DNA of 64,000 bases from an uncultured Holdemania sp. (GCA_904395815.1 CAJFOC010000009.1:20642-84641); one strand, 5' to 3'; counted from the first letter of the stretch, positions 48,214-58,684 are shown. Notes: generated by a model from the letters alone, not told the origin. Numbers and translations are program-made.

Positions 48214-50841
48214 ATGGAAGAAAAACTCAGCCCTGCACAGCAGGAAGTCAACCAGCTGGTTGAAAAAGGACTCAAAGCTCTCGACGATTTTCTGAAACTG
48301 GATCAGGATCAGGTCGATTATATCGTTGCCAAGTGCTCTGTCGCCGCTTTGGACAAGCATGGCGAACTGGCCAAGCTGGCGATCGAGGAAACCCAGCGCG
48401 GCGTCTTCGAAGACAAGGCGACCAAAAACCTGTTCGCTTGCGAATATGTCGTCAATCACATGCGTCATCTGAAATCGGTCGGCATCATCAAGGAAGATGA
48501 GGTTCAGGGTCTGACCTACGTTGCCGAACCGGTCGGCGTGGTCGCCGGCGTCACTCCGGTCACCAATCCGACTTCCACCGCGATCTTCAAATGTCTGATC
48601 TGCCTGAAGACCCGCAACCCGATCATCTTCGGCTTCCACCCGAAAGCGCAGCAGTGCTCCATCGCAGCAGCCAAAGTCGTCTACGAAGCTGCCGTCAAAG
48701 CCGGCGCTCCGGAAAACTGCATTCAGTGGATTGAACATCCGAGCATGGAAGCGACTTCGGCGCTGATGAATCATCCGGGCGTCGCCACGATTCTGGCCAC
48801 CGGCGGCAACGCCATGGTCAAGGCTGCCTACAGCTGCGGCAAACCGGCGCTGGGCGTGGGCGCGGGCAACGTTCCTGCCTACATTGAAACGACCGCCGAC
48901 ATCAAACAGGCCGTCAACGATATCGCCCTGTCCAAGGCATTTGACAACGGTATGATCTGCGCTTCCGAACAGGCGGTCATCGTCGATAAGGAAATCTACG
49001 ACGATGTGAAGGAACAGTTCAAAAACTACAACGTTCACTATGCCACCAAAAAAGAAAAGGACATGCTGGAACAGTACATGTTCGGCGTCAAGGCTTTCAG
49101 CAAAAACGTTGCGGAAGCCCGGCTGAATCCGGATGTCGTCGGCAAATCGGCTGCCTGGATCGCTCAGCAGGCCGGCTTCACCGTCAATCCGCGTACCAGC
49201 ATCATCATCGTGGAATGCCGCGAAGTCGGGCCGAATGAACCGCTGACCCGCGAAAAGCTTTCGCCGGTACTGGCCATGCTGAAAGCGGAGTCGATTGAAG
49301 ACGGCTTCGACAAATCGGAAGCGATGGTCATGTTCAACGGCGTCGGACACAGCGCCGCGATCCATACCGCCAACGCCGATCTGGCCAAGCGCTTTGGCGA
49401 ACGCATCAAAGCCTGCCGGATCATCTGGAACTCTCCGAGCACCTTCGGCGGCATCGGCAACGTCTACAACGCCTTCATTCCTTCGCTGACGCTGGGCTGC
49501 GGCTCTTACGGCCACAACTCCGTCTCCGACAACGTCAGCGCGATCAACCTGCTGAACATCAAAAAGATCGGAAAAAGGAGAAACAATATGCAGTGGTTCA
49601 AGATCCCGTCCAAGATTTACTTTGAAAGAGATGCCATCGAATACCTGCGCAGCATGCACGATGTGGAACGTGTCTTCATCGTCACCGACCGTTCCATGGT
49701 CGACCTCGGCTATGTTACCCGCGTGACCGATCAGCTTGGCCAGCGCCGCAACAAAGTTCAGGTTCAGCTGTTCTGCGATGTTGAACCGGATCCTTCCATC
49801 CAGACCGTCAAGAAAGGTCTTGGTCTGATGCAGGCCTTCCGTCCGGATACGATCATCGCCATCGGCGGCGGCTCCTCCATGGACGCGGCCAAAGGCATGT
49901 GGCTCTTCTACGAACAGCCGGACGTCAACTTCGACGATCTGAAACAGAAATTCATGGATATCCGCAAACGTGCCTTCCGTTATCCGGAGCTGGGCAAGAA
50001 ATCCAAGCTCGTCTGCATTCCGACCACTTCCGGCACCGGTTCTGAAGTCACTCCGTTTGCCGTCATCACCGACAAGGAAGAAAACAAGAAATATCCGCTG
50101 ACCGACTACTCGCTGACGCCGACCGTCGCTATCGTCGATCCGGCGCTGACCATGACGCTGCCGGCTTCCGTAACCGCCGATACCGGCATGGACGTGCTGA
50201 CTCACGCGACGGAAGCCTATGTCTCCACACTGGCTTCCGACTTCACCGATGGTCTGGCGCTGCAGGCTGTCAAGATGGTCTTCGAGTACCTGCCGCGGGC
50301 GGTCGCCAACGGCAAAAACGATCCGGAAGCCCGCGAGAAGATGCACAACGCCGCGACGCTGGCCGGTATGGCGTTTGCCAACGCCTTCCTGGGCGTCAAC
50401 CATTCGCTGGCGCACAAGATCGGCGGCGAGTACCACGTTCCGCACGGCCGCGCCAACGCCATCCTGATGCCGTATGTCATCCGCTACAACGGCACCAAAC
50501 CGGAAAAGCCGGGCATCTGGCCGAAGTACAACTACTACCGTGCCGATGAACGCTATGCCGAACTGGCCCGGATTATCGGACTGAAGTTCAACACGGTGGA
50601 AGAAGGCGTCAAGGCGTATGCCAAAGCCTGCGCGGATCTGGGCCGGGACTGCGGTATCAAGATGAGCTTCAAGGAACAGGGCATCGACGCCAAACAATGG
50701 GAAAGCACGCTGGAAAAGATCGCCTATCTGGCTTATGAAGATCAGTGCTCGCCAGCCAACCCACGGGTGCCGATGGTCAGCGACATGGTAGAAATTCTGC
50801 GCGCCTCCTACGATGGTGATACCTCTTACTACCTCAAATAA
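48214..50841 (+). CDS. adhE: Bifunctional acetaldehyde-CoA/alcohol dehydrogenase
   Basis: TPVTNPTST, GVGAGN, MICASEQ, GCGSYG, GGGSSMDAAK, PTTSGTGSE and HSLAH...HG motifs. Confidence 0.96.
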   Translation: MEEKLSPAQQEVNQLVEKGLKALDDFLKLDQDQVDYIVAKCSVAALDKHGELAKLAIEETQRGVFEDKATKNLFACEYVVNHMRHLKSVGIIKEDEVQGLTYVAEPVGVVAGVTPVTNPTSTAIFKCLICLKTRNPIIFGFHPKAQQCSIAAAKVVYEAAVKAGAPENCIQWIEHPSMEATSALMNHPGVATILATGGNAMVKAAYSCGKPALGVGAGNVPAYIETTADIKQAVNDIALSKAFDNGMICASEQAVIVDKEIYDDVKEQFKNYNVHYATKKEKDMLEQYMFGVKAFSKNVAEARLNPDVVGKSAAWIAQQAGFTVNPRTSIIIVECREVGPNEPLTREKLSPVLAMLKAESIEDGFDKSEAMVMFNGVGHSAAIHTANADLAKRFGERIKACRIIWNSPSTFGGIGNVYNAFIPSLTLGCGSYGHNSVSDNVSAINLLNIKKIGKRRNNMQWFKIPSKIYFERDAIEYLRSMHDVERVFIVTDRSMVDLGYVTRVTDQLGQRRNKVQVQLFCDVEPDPSIQTVKKGLGLMQAFRPDTIIAIGGGSSMDAAKGMWLFYEQPDVNFDDLKQKFMDIRKRAFRYPELGKKSKLVCIPTTSGTGSEVTPFAVITDKEENKKYPLTDYSLTPTVAIVDPALTMTLPASVTADTGMDVLTHATEAYVSTLASDFTDGLALQAVKMVFEYLPRAVANGKNDPEAREKMHNAATLAGMAFANAFLGVNHSLAHKIGGEYHVPHGRANAILMPYVIRYNGTKPEKPGIWPKYNYYRADERYAELARIIGLKFNTVEEGVKAYAKACADLGRDCGIKMSFKEQGIDAKQWESTLEKIAYLAYEDQCSPANPRVPMVSDMVEILRASYDGDTSYYLK

Positions 50842-50910
50842 TTTCTCTTTCCTTACACGGAACTGCCTTGCATCAGGCAGTTCCTTTTTATTTTCTCTGC
50901 CCTGGCTGTC

Positions 50911-50949
50911 AAAAAAAGTCCGCTTCCTGTCGGATCAGGAAGCGGACTT
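50911..50949 (-). terminator. Terminator between adhE and the esterase gene
   Basis: AAGTCCGCTTCCTG/CAGGAAGCGGACTT stem; U7 on the minus strand. Confidence 0.8.
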
Positions 50950-50988
50950 GCCGCCACTTCGGTCTGATTTGTCTCAGTGTCATCGCTT

Positions 50989-51696
50989 TCAGGACAGATT
51001 GCCCCAGCGATCAAGAAGAAAAGCCTGAATCAACAGCGCCGCATCCTGCCGGCAGCGCCGGTTTTCCAGCAGCTCATGGCCGCATTCCTCAAAACAGACC
51101 AGCTGTTTGCGCTCGCTTTGCACATGACGATATGCGTAGCGGGCGGAAGACAGCGGCACAAACTCATCCTGCAGCCCCTGCAGTATCAGCACCGGACAGC
51201 GAACCTGTTTTACTGCCGGTTTCAGCTTGTTGACCAGTTCGACAAACTGCGGAACATAGGTATAGTCCAGCATCCTTTCTTCTACTGCCTGACGAAACTC
51301 CGTTTCGCTCTGGCGCAGGATTCGCGCATATTTGGGAATCAGGCGCCGGATCGTTTCCATCTTCATGTACTGGAAAGCCGGCGCGATCAGAATGAGCTTG
51401 GATACCGGCAGAAACGATGCGAGAAACGACGCGATCACCCCGCCCATCGAAAACCCCAGCAGGCAGACTTCCGCGCCCTCTTCCATATACCGCATCACTT
51501 CCTGCTGCGCCCGCGCAACCCATAACCGCCATTCCTTCTGTGTATCGCGCTGTTCTTCATACAGATCAAAGCTGCGGTATTCCACCGTTTTCCAGTCAGC
51601 CAGCTGCTGCTGCAGAAATTCAAAATCCGCCTGTTTGCGGCGGCCGAAGCCATGAATCGCAATCAGGATTCGCCGCGGTGCCATCTTCTTTTTCAT
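50989..51696 (-). CDS. Alpha/beta hydrolase (carboxylesterase)
   Basis: IHGFG, GFSMGG (nucleophile), QGLQDEFV and CGH motifs. Confidence 0.88.
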   Translation of the reverse strand: MKKKMAPRRILIAIHGFGRRKQADFEFLQQQLADWKTVEYRSFDLYEEQRDTQKEWRLWVARAQQEVMRYMEEGAEVCLLGFSMGGVIASFLASFLPVSKLILIAPAFQYMKMETIRRLIPKYARILRQSETEFRQAVEERMLDYTYVPQFVELVNKLKPAVKQVRCPVLILQGLQDEFVPLSSARYAYRHVQSERKQLVCFEECGHELLENRRCRQDAALLIQAFLLDRWGNLS

Positions 51697-52424
51697 GATC
51701 CTTCCCGAAACCGATACAGGCAGATCCCGGCGGCCACCGCCACATTCAGCGATTCAAAATGATCCATCTCAATCCGTGCCCGCTGATCACATAATGACAG
51801 CACCTGCGGACGGATTCCCTGTCCTTCACTGCCAAAAACCAGCGCTGTTTTCTCACCGGCACTCACTTCCCTAAGCGGACGGGACTGGCGCAGGGCGGTC
51901 GCAATGACGGTAAACCCCTCTTCCTGCAGCTGCGCAATGGCCCCACAGAGATCCTGCCGCTGCCAGTTCAGATGAAACAACGCTCCCTGAGTGGAACGAA
52001 TGCATTTTTCATTCAGCACATCCGCGCAATCCTGCGACAGAATCAGCTGATCATAGCCAAACGCGCAGGCCGTGCGCAGAATGGTTCCGACATTGCCCGG
52101 ATCCTGTACCCCATCCAGCAGCACTACCCGCCGTCTTGGCAGCGGCGCAGACGGCTTCAGCGCGCAGACCGCAATCAGCCAGGCGCCCGATACGCTGCTG
52201 CTCAGCTTGCGCATGACCTCCTCGCTGCAGACAATCGCTTCCATCGCAAACGGATTCTGTCTGCCCTTGAGAATCAGCAGCTCTTTGACATGACCGCCCC
52301 GCATCGCTTCCTCGATCAGATGTTCGCCCTCAATCAGAAACTCACCGCGCTGATCTCTGCCCTTTTTCTTTTGCAGCCGCGCCCAGCCTTTGACCCGTTC
52401 GTTTGACGCGGAAATGATCTCCAT
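51693..52424 (-). CDS. TrmH/SpoU (SPOUT) RNA methyltransferase
   Basis: DGVQDPGNVGTILRTA, FGSEGQG and ESLNVAVA motifs. Confidence 0.92.
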   Translation of the reverse strand: MEIISASNERVKGWARLQKKKGRDQRGEFLIEGEHLIEEAMRGGHVKELLILKGRQNPFAMEAIVCSEEVMRKLSSSVSGAWLIAVCALKPSAPLPRRRVVLLDGVQDPGNVGTILRTACAFGYDQLILSQDCADVLNEKCIRSTQGALFHLNWQRQDLCGAIAQLQEEGFTVIATALRQSRPLREVSAGEKTALVFGSEGQGIRPQVLSLCDQRARIEMDHFESLNVAVAAGICLYRFREGS

Positions 52425-52506
52425 AACAATTCCTCCTGTCACCCCTGTTTTTCGTTTCTTTTATGATAATCAATTCGGGATGAAAAAGCCAGCCTGTTCT
52501 CAACGA

Positions 52507-53871
52507 TCAGGAAGGATAAGCGCAGCGATAGATTTCACCCTGTTTCAGCAGGATGCCCCGCGCCTCAAACAGTTCGCTCACCGTGACCAGCTGAAACCCC
52601 TGATCGCTCAGCCAGCGGATGATCTGTTCGCTGGCCTCGGCAGTCTGTTCATACATATCATGCATCAGGATGATATCGCCATCCTGTACCGTCTGCTGCA
52701 CCATTCTGACAGAGCGGTCCACATTCTGATGCGCCCAGTCCCGCGTATCCACCGACCAGAGGATCAGAGGGTACGGCGCTGTGGCGCGCAGAAAATCGTT
52801 GTACGCGCCAAAGGTCGGACGCAGAAGCCGCTGCGGAATCGTCAGTCCCATCTCTTCCATCACCTGCCAACAAGCGTCCAGCTGATCCAGAATCTGACTG
52901 GCATTCTGACGGGTCAGATCGACATGACCGAACGTGTGATTGCCAATCTCACTGCCCTCCTCAACCATACGCTGCAGCAGATCCTGATGATTAACAGCCC
53001 GGCTGCCCAGCACAAAAAATGTCGCCGCCCCCTCCACTTCCTTCAGGGCGTCCAGAATGCGCGGCGTGACCTGGCGGTTCGGTCCGTCATCGTAGGTCAG
53101 CGCGACCATCGGACGGTTGGGATCGACAATTCGTCCCTGCGCCTGCAATCCCAGCTGATGACGGGTCTGTTCATCCAGATAGCCGATCATTTTTTCCATC
53201 GGGATGCGCGCCTGCACCTCATCTTCCTGCTCCTGCAGCGTGCTGGGCGGAAACAGCACCCGGACTTCCTCTTCGCTCAAATACAGCTGCGCCCGGTTCT
53301 GCCGTAACAGCTGCTCCGCCGCGGCCGCCGCTTCCTCCGTCATCCCCGCTTCCATCCGCTGCTCCGTCAGAAACACAAGATGCTTCAGCCCCGCCTCGGA
53401 AAACAGATCCAGAAATCCCAGCGCGCGATCCTTTTTCAGATCAAAAGTCCACGACTGCGCCGTCTTGCCGTTGACAGCGCCGCGCCGCTCAAAACTGATC
53501 TGCACCGACGCCCCGACGCCGTTAAGATCACAGGACTCATAATCCGCATACAGCGCGCTGAATTGCTGAATCCCCTGATTTTCCCGTTCAAAAGCCTGAA
53601 TCTGCGCCTGGACCGCCGCTTCGATCTGCCGGTCAATCTCCGTGTGATCCAGATGCGGATAGGCGACGGCAATCGCCTGATTCTTCCGTACCCGCACAAT
53701 CCGGCGCATGGTTCCTACCTGATGATTTTCCAGCTGGGTCTGACGCATCCATTCCGGCAAACGGCGCAGCTGCAGCGTCTTCACCGCAAAAACGCCCCCG
53801 ATTCCAAGCAGCACCGCCAGCGCCAGGATCAGTCCGATCCTCTTCCGCCTTCTTTTTCTTTCTGTCATCAT
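52507..53871 (-). CDS. Membrane-anchored CE4 polysaccharide (peptidoglycan GlcNAc) deacetylase, PgdA-like
   Basis: N-terminal TM; TYDDGP, HTFGH, RPTFG, WSVDTRDW and LMHD motifs all intact. Confidence 0.88.
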   Translation of the reverse strand: MMTERKRRRKRIGLILALAVLLGIGGVFAVKTLQLRRLPEWMRQTQLENHQVGTMRRIVRVRKNQAIAVAYPHLDHTEIDRQIEAAVQAQIQAFERENQGIQQFSALYADYESCDLNGVGASVQISFERRGAVNGKTAQSWTFDLKKDRALGFLDLFSEAGLKHLVFLTEQRMEAGMTEEAAAAAEQLLRQNRAQLYLSEEEVRVLFPPSTLQEQEDEVQARIPMEKMIGYLDEQTRHQLGLQAQGRIVDPNRPMVALTYDDGPNRQVTPRILDALKEVEGAATFFVLGSRAVNHQDLLQRMVEEGSEIGNHTFGHVDLTRQNASQILDQLDACWQVMEEMGLTIPQRLLRPTFGAYNDFLRATAPYPLILWSVDTRDWAHQNVDRSVRMVQQTVQDGDIILMHDMYEQTAEASEQIIRWLSDQGFQLVTVSELFEARGILLKQGEIYRCAYPS

Positions 53872-53965
53872 TTCACCTTCATTCGCTATCAGCTTATGCC
53901 CCCTGACAGCGGAAAATCCGAACAAAAAAAAGGCGGCTGTACTTGCCGCCGAAAACAGAGGATGA

Positions 53966-55669
53966 TCAAGAAAGCGACTGCAGTGTTTCCAACAGTGCCT
54001 GTGCCGCCTGACTCAGCGCGTCGCCGCCCTTGTCCGGCAAGCCCAGTCCGGTATAGATTTCGCCCAGAAAAACCCCCTGTTCCATCAGTGCGTCAAACAT
54101 CCGGCTGATGATCTGAAGACACTCCTGCTGCTTCTGCATCGGCCCGAAGGGATTGGCAAAAAAGGTGGAAGACAGGCCCTTTTCCTGGGTCGTTCCCAAC
54201 GCAAAACGTTTTCCTTCGATGAAAGTCTGCATCGCCTGCTGCTTGCTGTCAAACGCCCGCAAACCGCGGCAGTCGGCATAGTTGTTCGCATACAGAAACA
54301 GATCCACTTTCTGATCGGTAATGATCGTCGTATACGGCGAGGCCGGAACAACGACACGGGCGTTGGCGCTTTCCGGATTGAAGAAAATCGAACGGTCGAT
54401 ATCCCGGTAGGCGCTGCCCTTGTCCAGATCGTCCAGCCGGACAAAAGCGCCGATCTCCGTTCCCTGCGCCCGTACCCGCCCCTGACAGTCCAGATGCAGC
54501 GATCCCATATCGTCAAAGATGATCTCGCGGTTGACGATCTGATCGCCGCCCAGATTGTTGAGCGCCTCGATCGTTTCCGACTTGCCGGCGCCCGAATCGC
54601 CGATCATGATCACGCCCCGGGTTGTTCCATCTTTCAGCGTGAGGTTGATCATCGCTCCATGCAGCGGCAGCCAGCCCTTTTCAATCATCGCCAGGTTGTG
54701 CAGCGTCAGAATCATTTTTTTCAGATAGCCAAAATACTCGATGACCTCGCCGGCGGAAACCTTGCCGACCCAGATTCCGTTGGCCTGATCATGATAGAAA
54801 ACCGTATCCTGACGGCCATCGGGATTGCCAAATAACAGCAGAAGATCCGGCTGATGACCGACGCAGTCGCTATCGGAAGCCAGTTCAAACAGATTGGCCA
54901 GCGCTACCGCTCCGGAAGTAAAATCACGATGAAAGTACGTATAACAGAGCAGAGATCCGACCTTCAGCGGAAAGCACATCCACTCCTGTTCGCTGCCGGC
55001 CCATTCCTGCATCGGATTGCAGCTGACCTCGGTAAAGGTCCCTAACCGCTTGTTGCTGCGAGGATGGATAATCAGCGGCGTTCGAAGCATGATCGTATGC
55101 ACAAACGGGATTTTCGCCAGCGGCCGGTATGGCGATGGCATCGGCCAAGTGTAATCGCGCAGCAGCAGACTGGCGTTGGTTCCGGCCTGAAGCTGACGGT
55201 AAACACGGTTTTTCGATCCCTGCACCTTCTGCTGGACCTTGCGGTAAAAATTCAGAATCATCTGATGAAACTGCTGATCCGCATCCATGAAGTTGGCCAG
55301 CTGCAGCCCTTCTTCGTTGTGCGTTACGATCAGCGAATAACGCTGCATGTTCCGCCAGTAATGATACCCCTCCTCGATCACTTCCAGCAGCTTCTGCCGG
55401 TCATGAAAATAAGGATGGGCGATCTCTTCGATCTCCAGCACCTGCATCACCTTCAGTAACCGCACCAGATCCTTTTTGACCTCCGGTTTCGGCAATCCCC
55501 GGCTCAGCCAGTCGGACAGCTGAGGGCGGGTTTGCGCCAGATGATCGAGAGTGCGATCCAGAAACAGAGAAAAGCCTTCGCTGGAAAGCAGTTCCTCTAC
55601 GGTGGAATAATAAGCCCGGGTATAGTTGATCAGCGCCAGGTTTTCGTGCAGATAAATCGCTTCTTTCAT
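53966..55669 (-). CDS. HPrK/PEPCK-superfamily P-loop protein of unknown function
   Basis: LHGA...GVIMIGDSGAGKSET...IIFDD motifs; 567 aa. Confidence 0.7.
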   Translation of the reverse strand: MKEAIYLHENLALINYTRAYYSTVEELLSSEGFSLFLDRTLDHLAQTRPQLSDWLSRGLPKPEVKKDLVRLLKVMQVLEIEEIAHPYFHDRQKLLEVIEEGYHYWRNMQRYSLIVTHNEEGLQLANFMDADQQFHQMILNFYRKVQQKVQGSKNRVYRQLQAGTNASLLLRDYTWPMPSPYRPLAKIPFVHTIMLRTPLIIHPRSNKRLGTFTEVSCNPMQEWAGSEQEWMCFPLKVGSLLCYTYFHRDFTSGAVALANLFELASDSDCVGHQPDLLLLFGNPDGRQDTVFYHDQANGIWVGKVSAGEVIEYFGYLKKMILTLHNLAMIEKGWLPLHGAMINLTLKDGTTRGVIMIGDSGAGKSETIEALNNLGGDQIVNREIIFDDMGSLHLDCQGRVRAQGTEIGAFVRLDDLDKGSAYRDIDRSIFFNPESANARVVVPASPYTTIITDQKVDLFLYANNYADCRGLRAFDSKQQAMQTFIEGKRFALGTTQEKGLSSTFFANPFGPMQKQQECLQIISRMFDALMEQGVFLGEIYTGLGLPDKGGDALSQAAQALLETLQSLS

Positions 55670-55694
55670 GATCTTCCTCCTTCAGACAGAAGTC

Positions 55695-55753
55695 ATTATA
55701 TCACAGCCGCTCCAAAAGAAAATGAAAGATTTTTCGCTTATCTTTCATTTCTT
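55695..55753 (-). terminator. U32/TrmH operon terminator, followed by an extended -10 promoter (TGATATAAT, 55695-55703) for the P-loop gene
   Basis: AAATGAAAGAT/ATCTTTCATTT stem with a U-rich tail. Confidence 0.6.
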
Positions 55754-55807
55754 TCATCATATTCTTACGGATTTCTTCGTTTCTGTCCGCTTCTGTCTCA
55801 TTTCAGC

Positions 55808-56539
55808 TTATGCTCGATTTCGCCGCTGACGGACAACTTCAAAACTCAGCGCCGCGACCGCACTGCAGCCGTTGAGTGCGGCACGAAAGGAACGACCGTA
55901 AGGAATGACCACATTCTGATCGCTCTGAGCCAGAATTTCCCGTCCCAGTCCGCGCCGTTCCCCGCCAATCGCCAAAATGAAAGGCTGAGTAAACTGAGCG
56001 TCAAAGTAGTCGATCGCCTGCGGCGAGCGCTGGGCGCAATACAGCACACAGCCCTGACGGCGCAAAGCACTCACGCTTTCCGCCAGATTCTCGCATTGAC
56101 ACCAGGGCAGCCATTCGCTGGCGCCGGCGCTGGATTTCACCAGCGTGCTTTCCGCCGCCGACCAGTCGCGCACTGCCGTCAATACCCCGCTGCAGCCGGC
56201 CGCATACAGACTTCGAAACGCATAGCCCAGATTGTACGGATCCTCAATGCCTTCCAGCACCGCGACAAACGGCAGCGGCTGATCCAGACAATCCTGCACA
56301 TTCTGATACTGCCGCGGCTGCACCAGCGCCACAATCCCGCCATGGGTATGCCCGCTGGCCAGGGAATGGATCCGCTGGCGATCCGTCCGTTCCACCGCGA
56401 TCCCCTGCTGCCGGGCCAGACGCAGGATAAAGGCGGTATCCCGGTCTTTCTTTTTTTCGTCGATGATTAACCGCTCCACAAGGCGGCGGCGCGCCTGCAT
56501 CACCGCCTTGACGCTCAGCGCTCCTTCCATCACAATCAT
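55808..56539 (-). CDS. TrmH/SpoU (SPOUT) RNA methyltransferase (RlmB-like)
   Basis: HGGIVA, EGIEDPYNLG, IGGERRG and LNGCSA motifs. Confidence 0.88.
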   Translation of the reverse strand: MIVMEGALSVKAVMQARRRLVERLIIDEKKKDRDTAFILRLARQQGIAVERTDRQRIHSLASGHTHGGIVALVQPRQYQNVQDCLDQPLPFVAVLEGIEDPYNLGYAFRSLYAAGCSGVLTAVRDWSAAESTLVKSSAGASEWLPWCQCENLAESVSALRRQGCVLYCAQRSPQAIDYFDAQFTQPFILAIGGERRGLGREILAQSDQNVVIPYGRSFRAALNGCSAVAALSFEVVRQRRNRA

Positions 56540-57750
56540 AGTCTGCGCTCCTTTCGCCGAATCAGATCATACCGGCTCAGCCGAACCGGGGTCTTCAGCC
56601 ACAGACGCTGCATCGCCCGGTTGGCGATCCGCACCGGCATTCCCTCTTCATCCCGCAGCGACTGGGCCACCAGCTCCGTATTGTCCAGATGTGGTCCAAA
56701 CGCTTCCAGCAGCTCATCGCAGGTAAAATGATTGCGGACTTCGATCAGCGCTTCCTGTCGCTGAAGATCATAGTCCAGCACCTGAGCCACAAAGTCATGC
56801 GTGACCGTGGATGCCTCCGTTGTGATCAGCTGCTCCTGCGGGCCTGGGACATGATCGAGAAAGCCCAGACAGGCCGGCCGGTTTTCCGCCCGGATCAGCT
56901 CGCATCGGGCCCGCGCCACCGCCGCACTGTGATCTTGCCGGGGATTGGCCGCCATCGTATCGATCAGCTGCCGGTAAGCCCGCACGACGACCGCAATGTA
57001 ATAGGCGGACTTCATCCGTCCCTCAATTTTTAATGAGGCAACGCCGCAGCGCATCATGTCCGCCACATATTCCGGCGCCATCAGATCGCGGGATCCCATG
57101 GAAAACAACACTTCGTCGCTGAGCTCTTCCTCCGACTGCAGAAGATGATAACGCCATCGGCATGACTGGGCGCAGCCGCCGCGATTGGCATCCCGCAGCG
57201 TCATCACGTTGCTCAGCGTACAGCGGCCCGACACATTTGCACACATTCCGCCATGGATAAACGCTTCAATCGGTACCGGGCTGTGCGCGCAGATCTGCCG
57301 GATCTGCGCCATCGAACATTCCCGCGCCAGCACGATCCGATCCGCTCCCAGCTGATGATAAAAGGTTGCCGCACGGGAATTGGTGCAGGACATCTGCGTG
57401 CTCAGATGAACCTGCAGCTGCGGGGCAACCTGCTTCGCCCGCGCCATCACCGCCAGCGAAGCGACGATGATCGCCCGCACTCCCAGCTGCTGCAGTTGCC
57501 GCAGATACTCGTCCAGCCCCTCAAAATCCTCATCGTGCGGAATGAGATTGACCGTCACATGGACCGATGCCCCGTATTTTTGGGCAAAACGCACGCCCTC
57601 GCCAATATCCTCCAGGGAAAAATTGCTGGCCCGGCTGCGCAGCGAAAATCGCTTGCCGCCCAGATACACCGCGTCAGCGCCATACCGGATGGCCGTCTTC
57701 AGCCGTGTCAGATCTCCGGCCGGCGCCAGCAGTTCGATTTTTTCACTCAT
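56536..57750 (-). CDS. Peptidase U32 family, YrrO/TrhP-like (tRNA hydroxylation)
   Basis: ELLAPAG, GADAVYLGG, HLSTQ, HGGMCANVSGRC...GGCAQSCR (four Fe-S Cys) and LKIEGRMKS motifs. Confidence 0.88.
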   Translation of the reverse strand: MSEKIELLAPAGDLTRLKTAIRYGADAVYLGGKRFSLRSRASNFSLEDIGEGVRFAQKYGASVHVTVNLIPHDEDFEGLDEYLRQLQQLGVRAIIVASLAVMARAKQVAPQLQVHLSTQMSCTNSRAATFYHQLGADRIVLARECSMAQIRQICAHSPVPIEAFIHGGMCANVSGRCTLSNVMTLRDANRGGCAQSCRWRYHLLQSEEELSDEVLFSMGSRDLMAPEYVADMMRCGVASLKIEGRMKSAYYIAVVVRAYRQLIDTMAANPRQDHSAAVARARCELIRAENRPACLGFLDHVPGPQEQLITTEASTVTHDFVAQVLDYDLQRQEALIEVRNHFTCDELLEAFGPHLDNTELVAQSLRDEEGMPVRIANRAMQRLWLKTPVRLSRYDLIRRKERRL

Positions 57751-58652
57751 CGCCCTTCCTCCTTGGTCAGACTGGTTTTCCGATCATAATACCCGTTGCC
57801 ATAAGGCAGACCGGTTTTTTCGCGAAGCCGGCATAGGACGGTTTGCGCTTCAGCCCCCGCCAGCACCTCCGCCATCGCCGCACGGGCCAGCAGCACCTCC
57901 TGGTCGCTGCCAAAGATCCCCTCCAGAAACAGATGACCAAAACCCGCCTGCACGATCGAGGCGATCTGCGGCAGCGAATTCAATATCCAGGGCGCATACA
58001 CCGCGGTCCCTTCCTCCTCTTCCAGAATCGGCATCGCTTCCTGCCGCGTCTGTTCCACAATCCGCAAATCCCGCCGCTGATGAAGATCGGTAAGCGTCCG
58101 GCCGCGCAGCTGCAGATAGCTGCTGATTAACGGCCGCCGGGATACCGCGCACACCTGCGCCCCATGAACCTGCAGTTCCAGATGCCCGGCGTCATTCTGC
58201 GCGGCAATGTCCATGATTTCCTGCAGCGTGATTTCCGTGGACAACGCCACCCGGTCGCAGCCGGCTTCCCGCATTCTGCGCACATCCCAGGCGTTGGTCA
58301 TCAGCGTATCGGAAACAAAAATCAGCTCGCTGTCCAGCCCAGCCTGCCGCGCACTGAGCAGAACCGCCGGATCATGAAAGACAATCCCATCCGGCCGCCA
58401 GAGGCAAAGCTGGCTCATCAGCTTGTCCAGCCAGGGCAGATCTTCTTCCTCAATCGGACGGTTGACCACCAGCTCCCAGCGCATTCCCAGCTCACCGCAG
58501 CGCTGCCGCAGCTGTTCTATCTCCTCATCGTCAAACCGGGCTGCCACCCGCCAGGAACACCGCTCGCTGCCCACCCGCACGGTCGTAATGCCGCCCTCTT
58601 TCATCCTCTGCAGCGACGAAAGCTGCTGCAGCGCGGCAATCCAGTTGATCAT
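57747..58652 (-). CDS. Peptidase U32 family, YrrN-like partner subunit
   Basis: DTLMTN, LSTEITL and ELQVHG...SRRPLIS motifs; lacks the Cys cluster; ATGA-coupled to the next gene. Confidence 0.78.
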   Translation of the reverse strand: MINWIAALQQLSSLQRMKEGGITTVRVGSERCSWRVAARFDDEEIEQLRQRCGELGMRWELVVNRPIEEEDLPWLDKLMSQLCLWRPDGIVFHDPAVLLSARQAGLDSELIFVSDTLMTNAWDVRRMREAGCDRVALSTEITLQEIMDIAAQNDAGHLELQVHGAQVCAVSRRPLISSYLQLRGRTLTDLHQRRDLRIVEQTRQEAMPILEEEEGTAVYAPWILNSLPQIASIVQAGFGHLFLEGIFGSDQEVLLARAAMAEVLAGAEAQTVLCRLREKTGLPYGNGYYDRKTSLTKEEGR

Positions 58653-58684
58653 GGACCTTCCCCCTTTTCTTTTCCTGCGTCTTA

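Noticed and set aside
48139-50697. 852-aa antisense ORF opposite adhE (also 37095-38408, 30510-31682, 32934-33863 and many shorter ones)
   Set aside because: Shadow ORFs from GC-rich codon bias of conserved genes; no motifs or RBS support.
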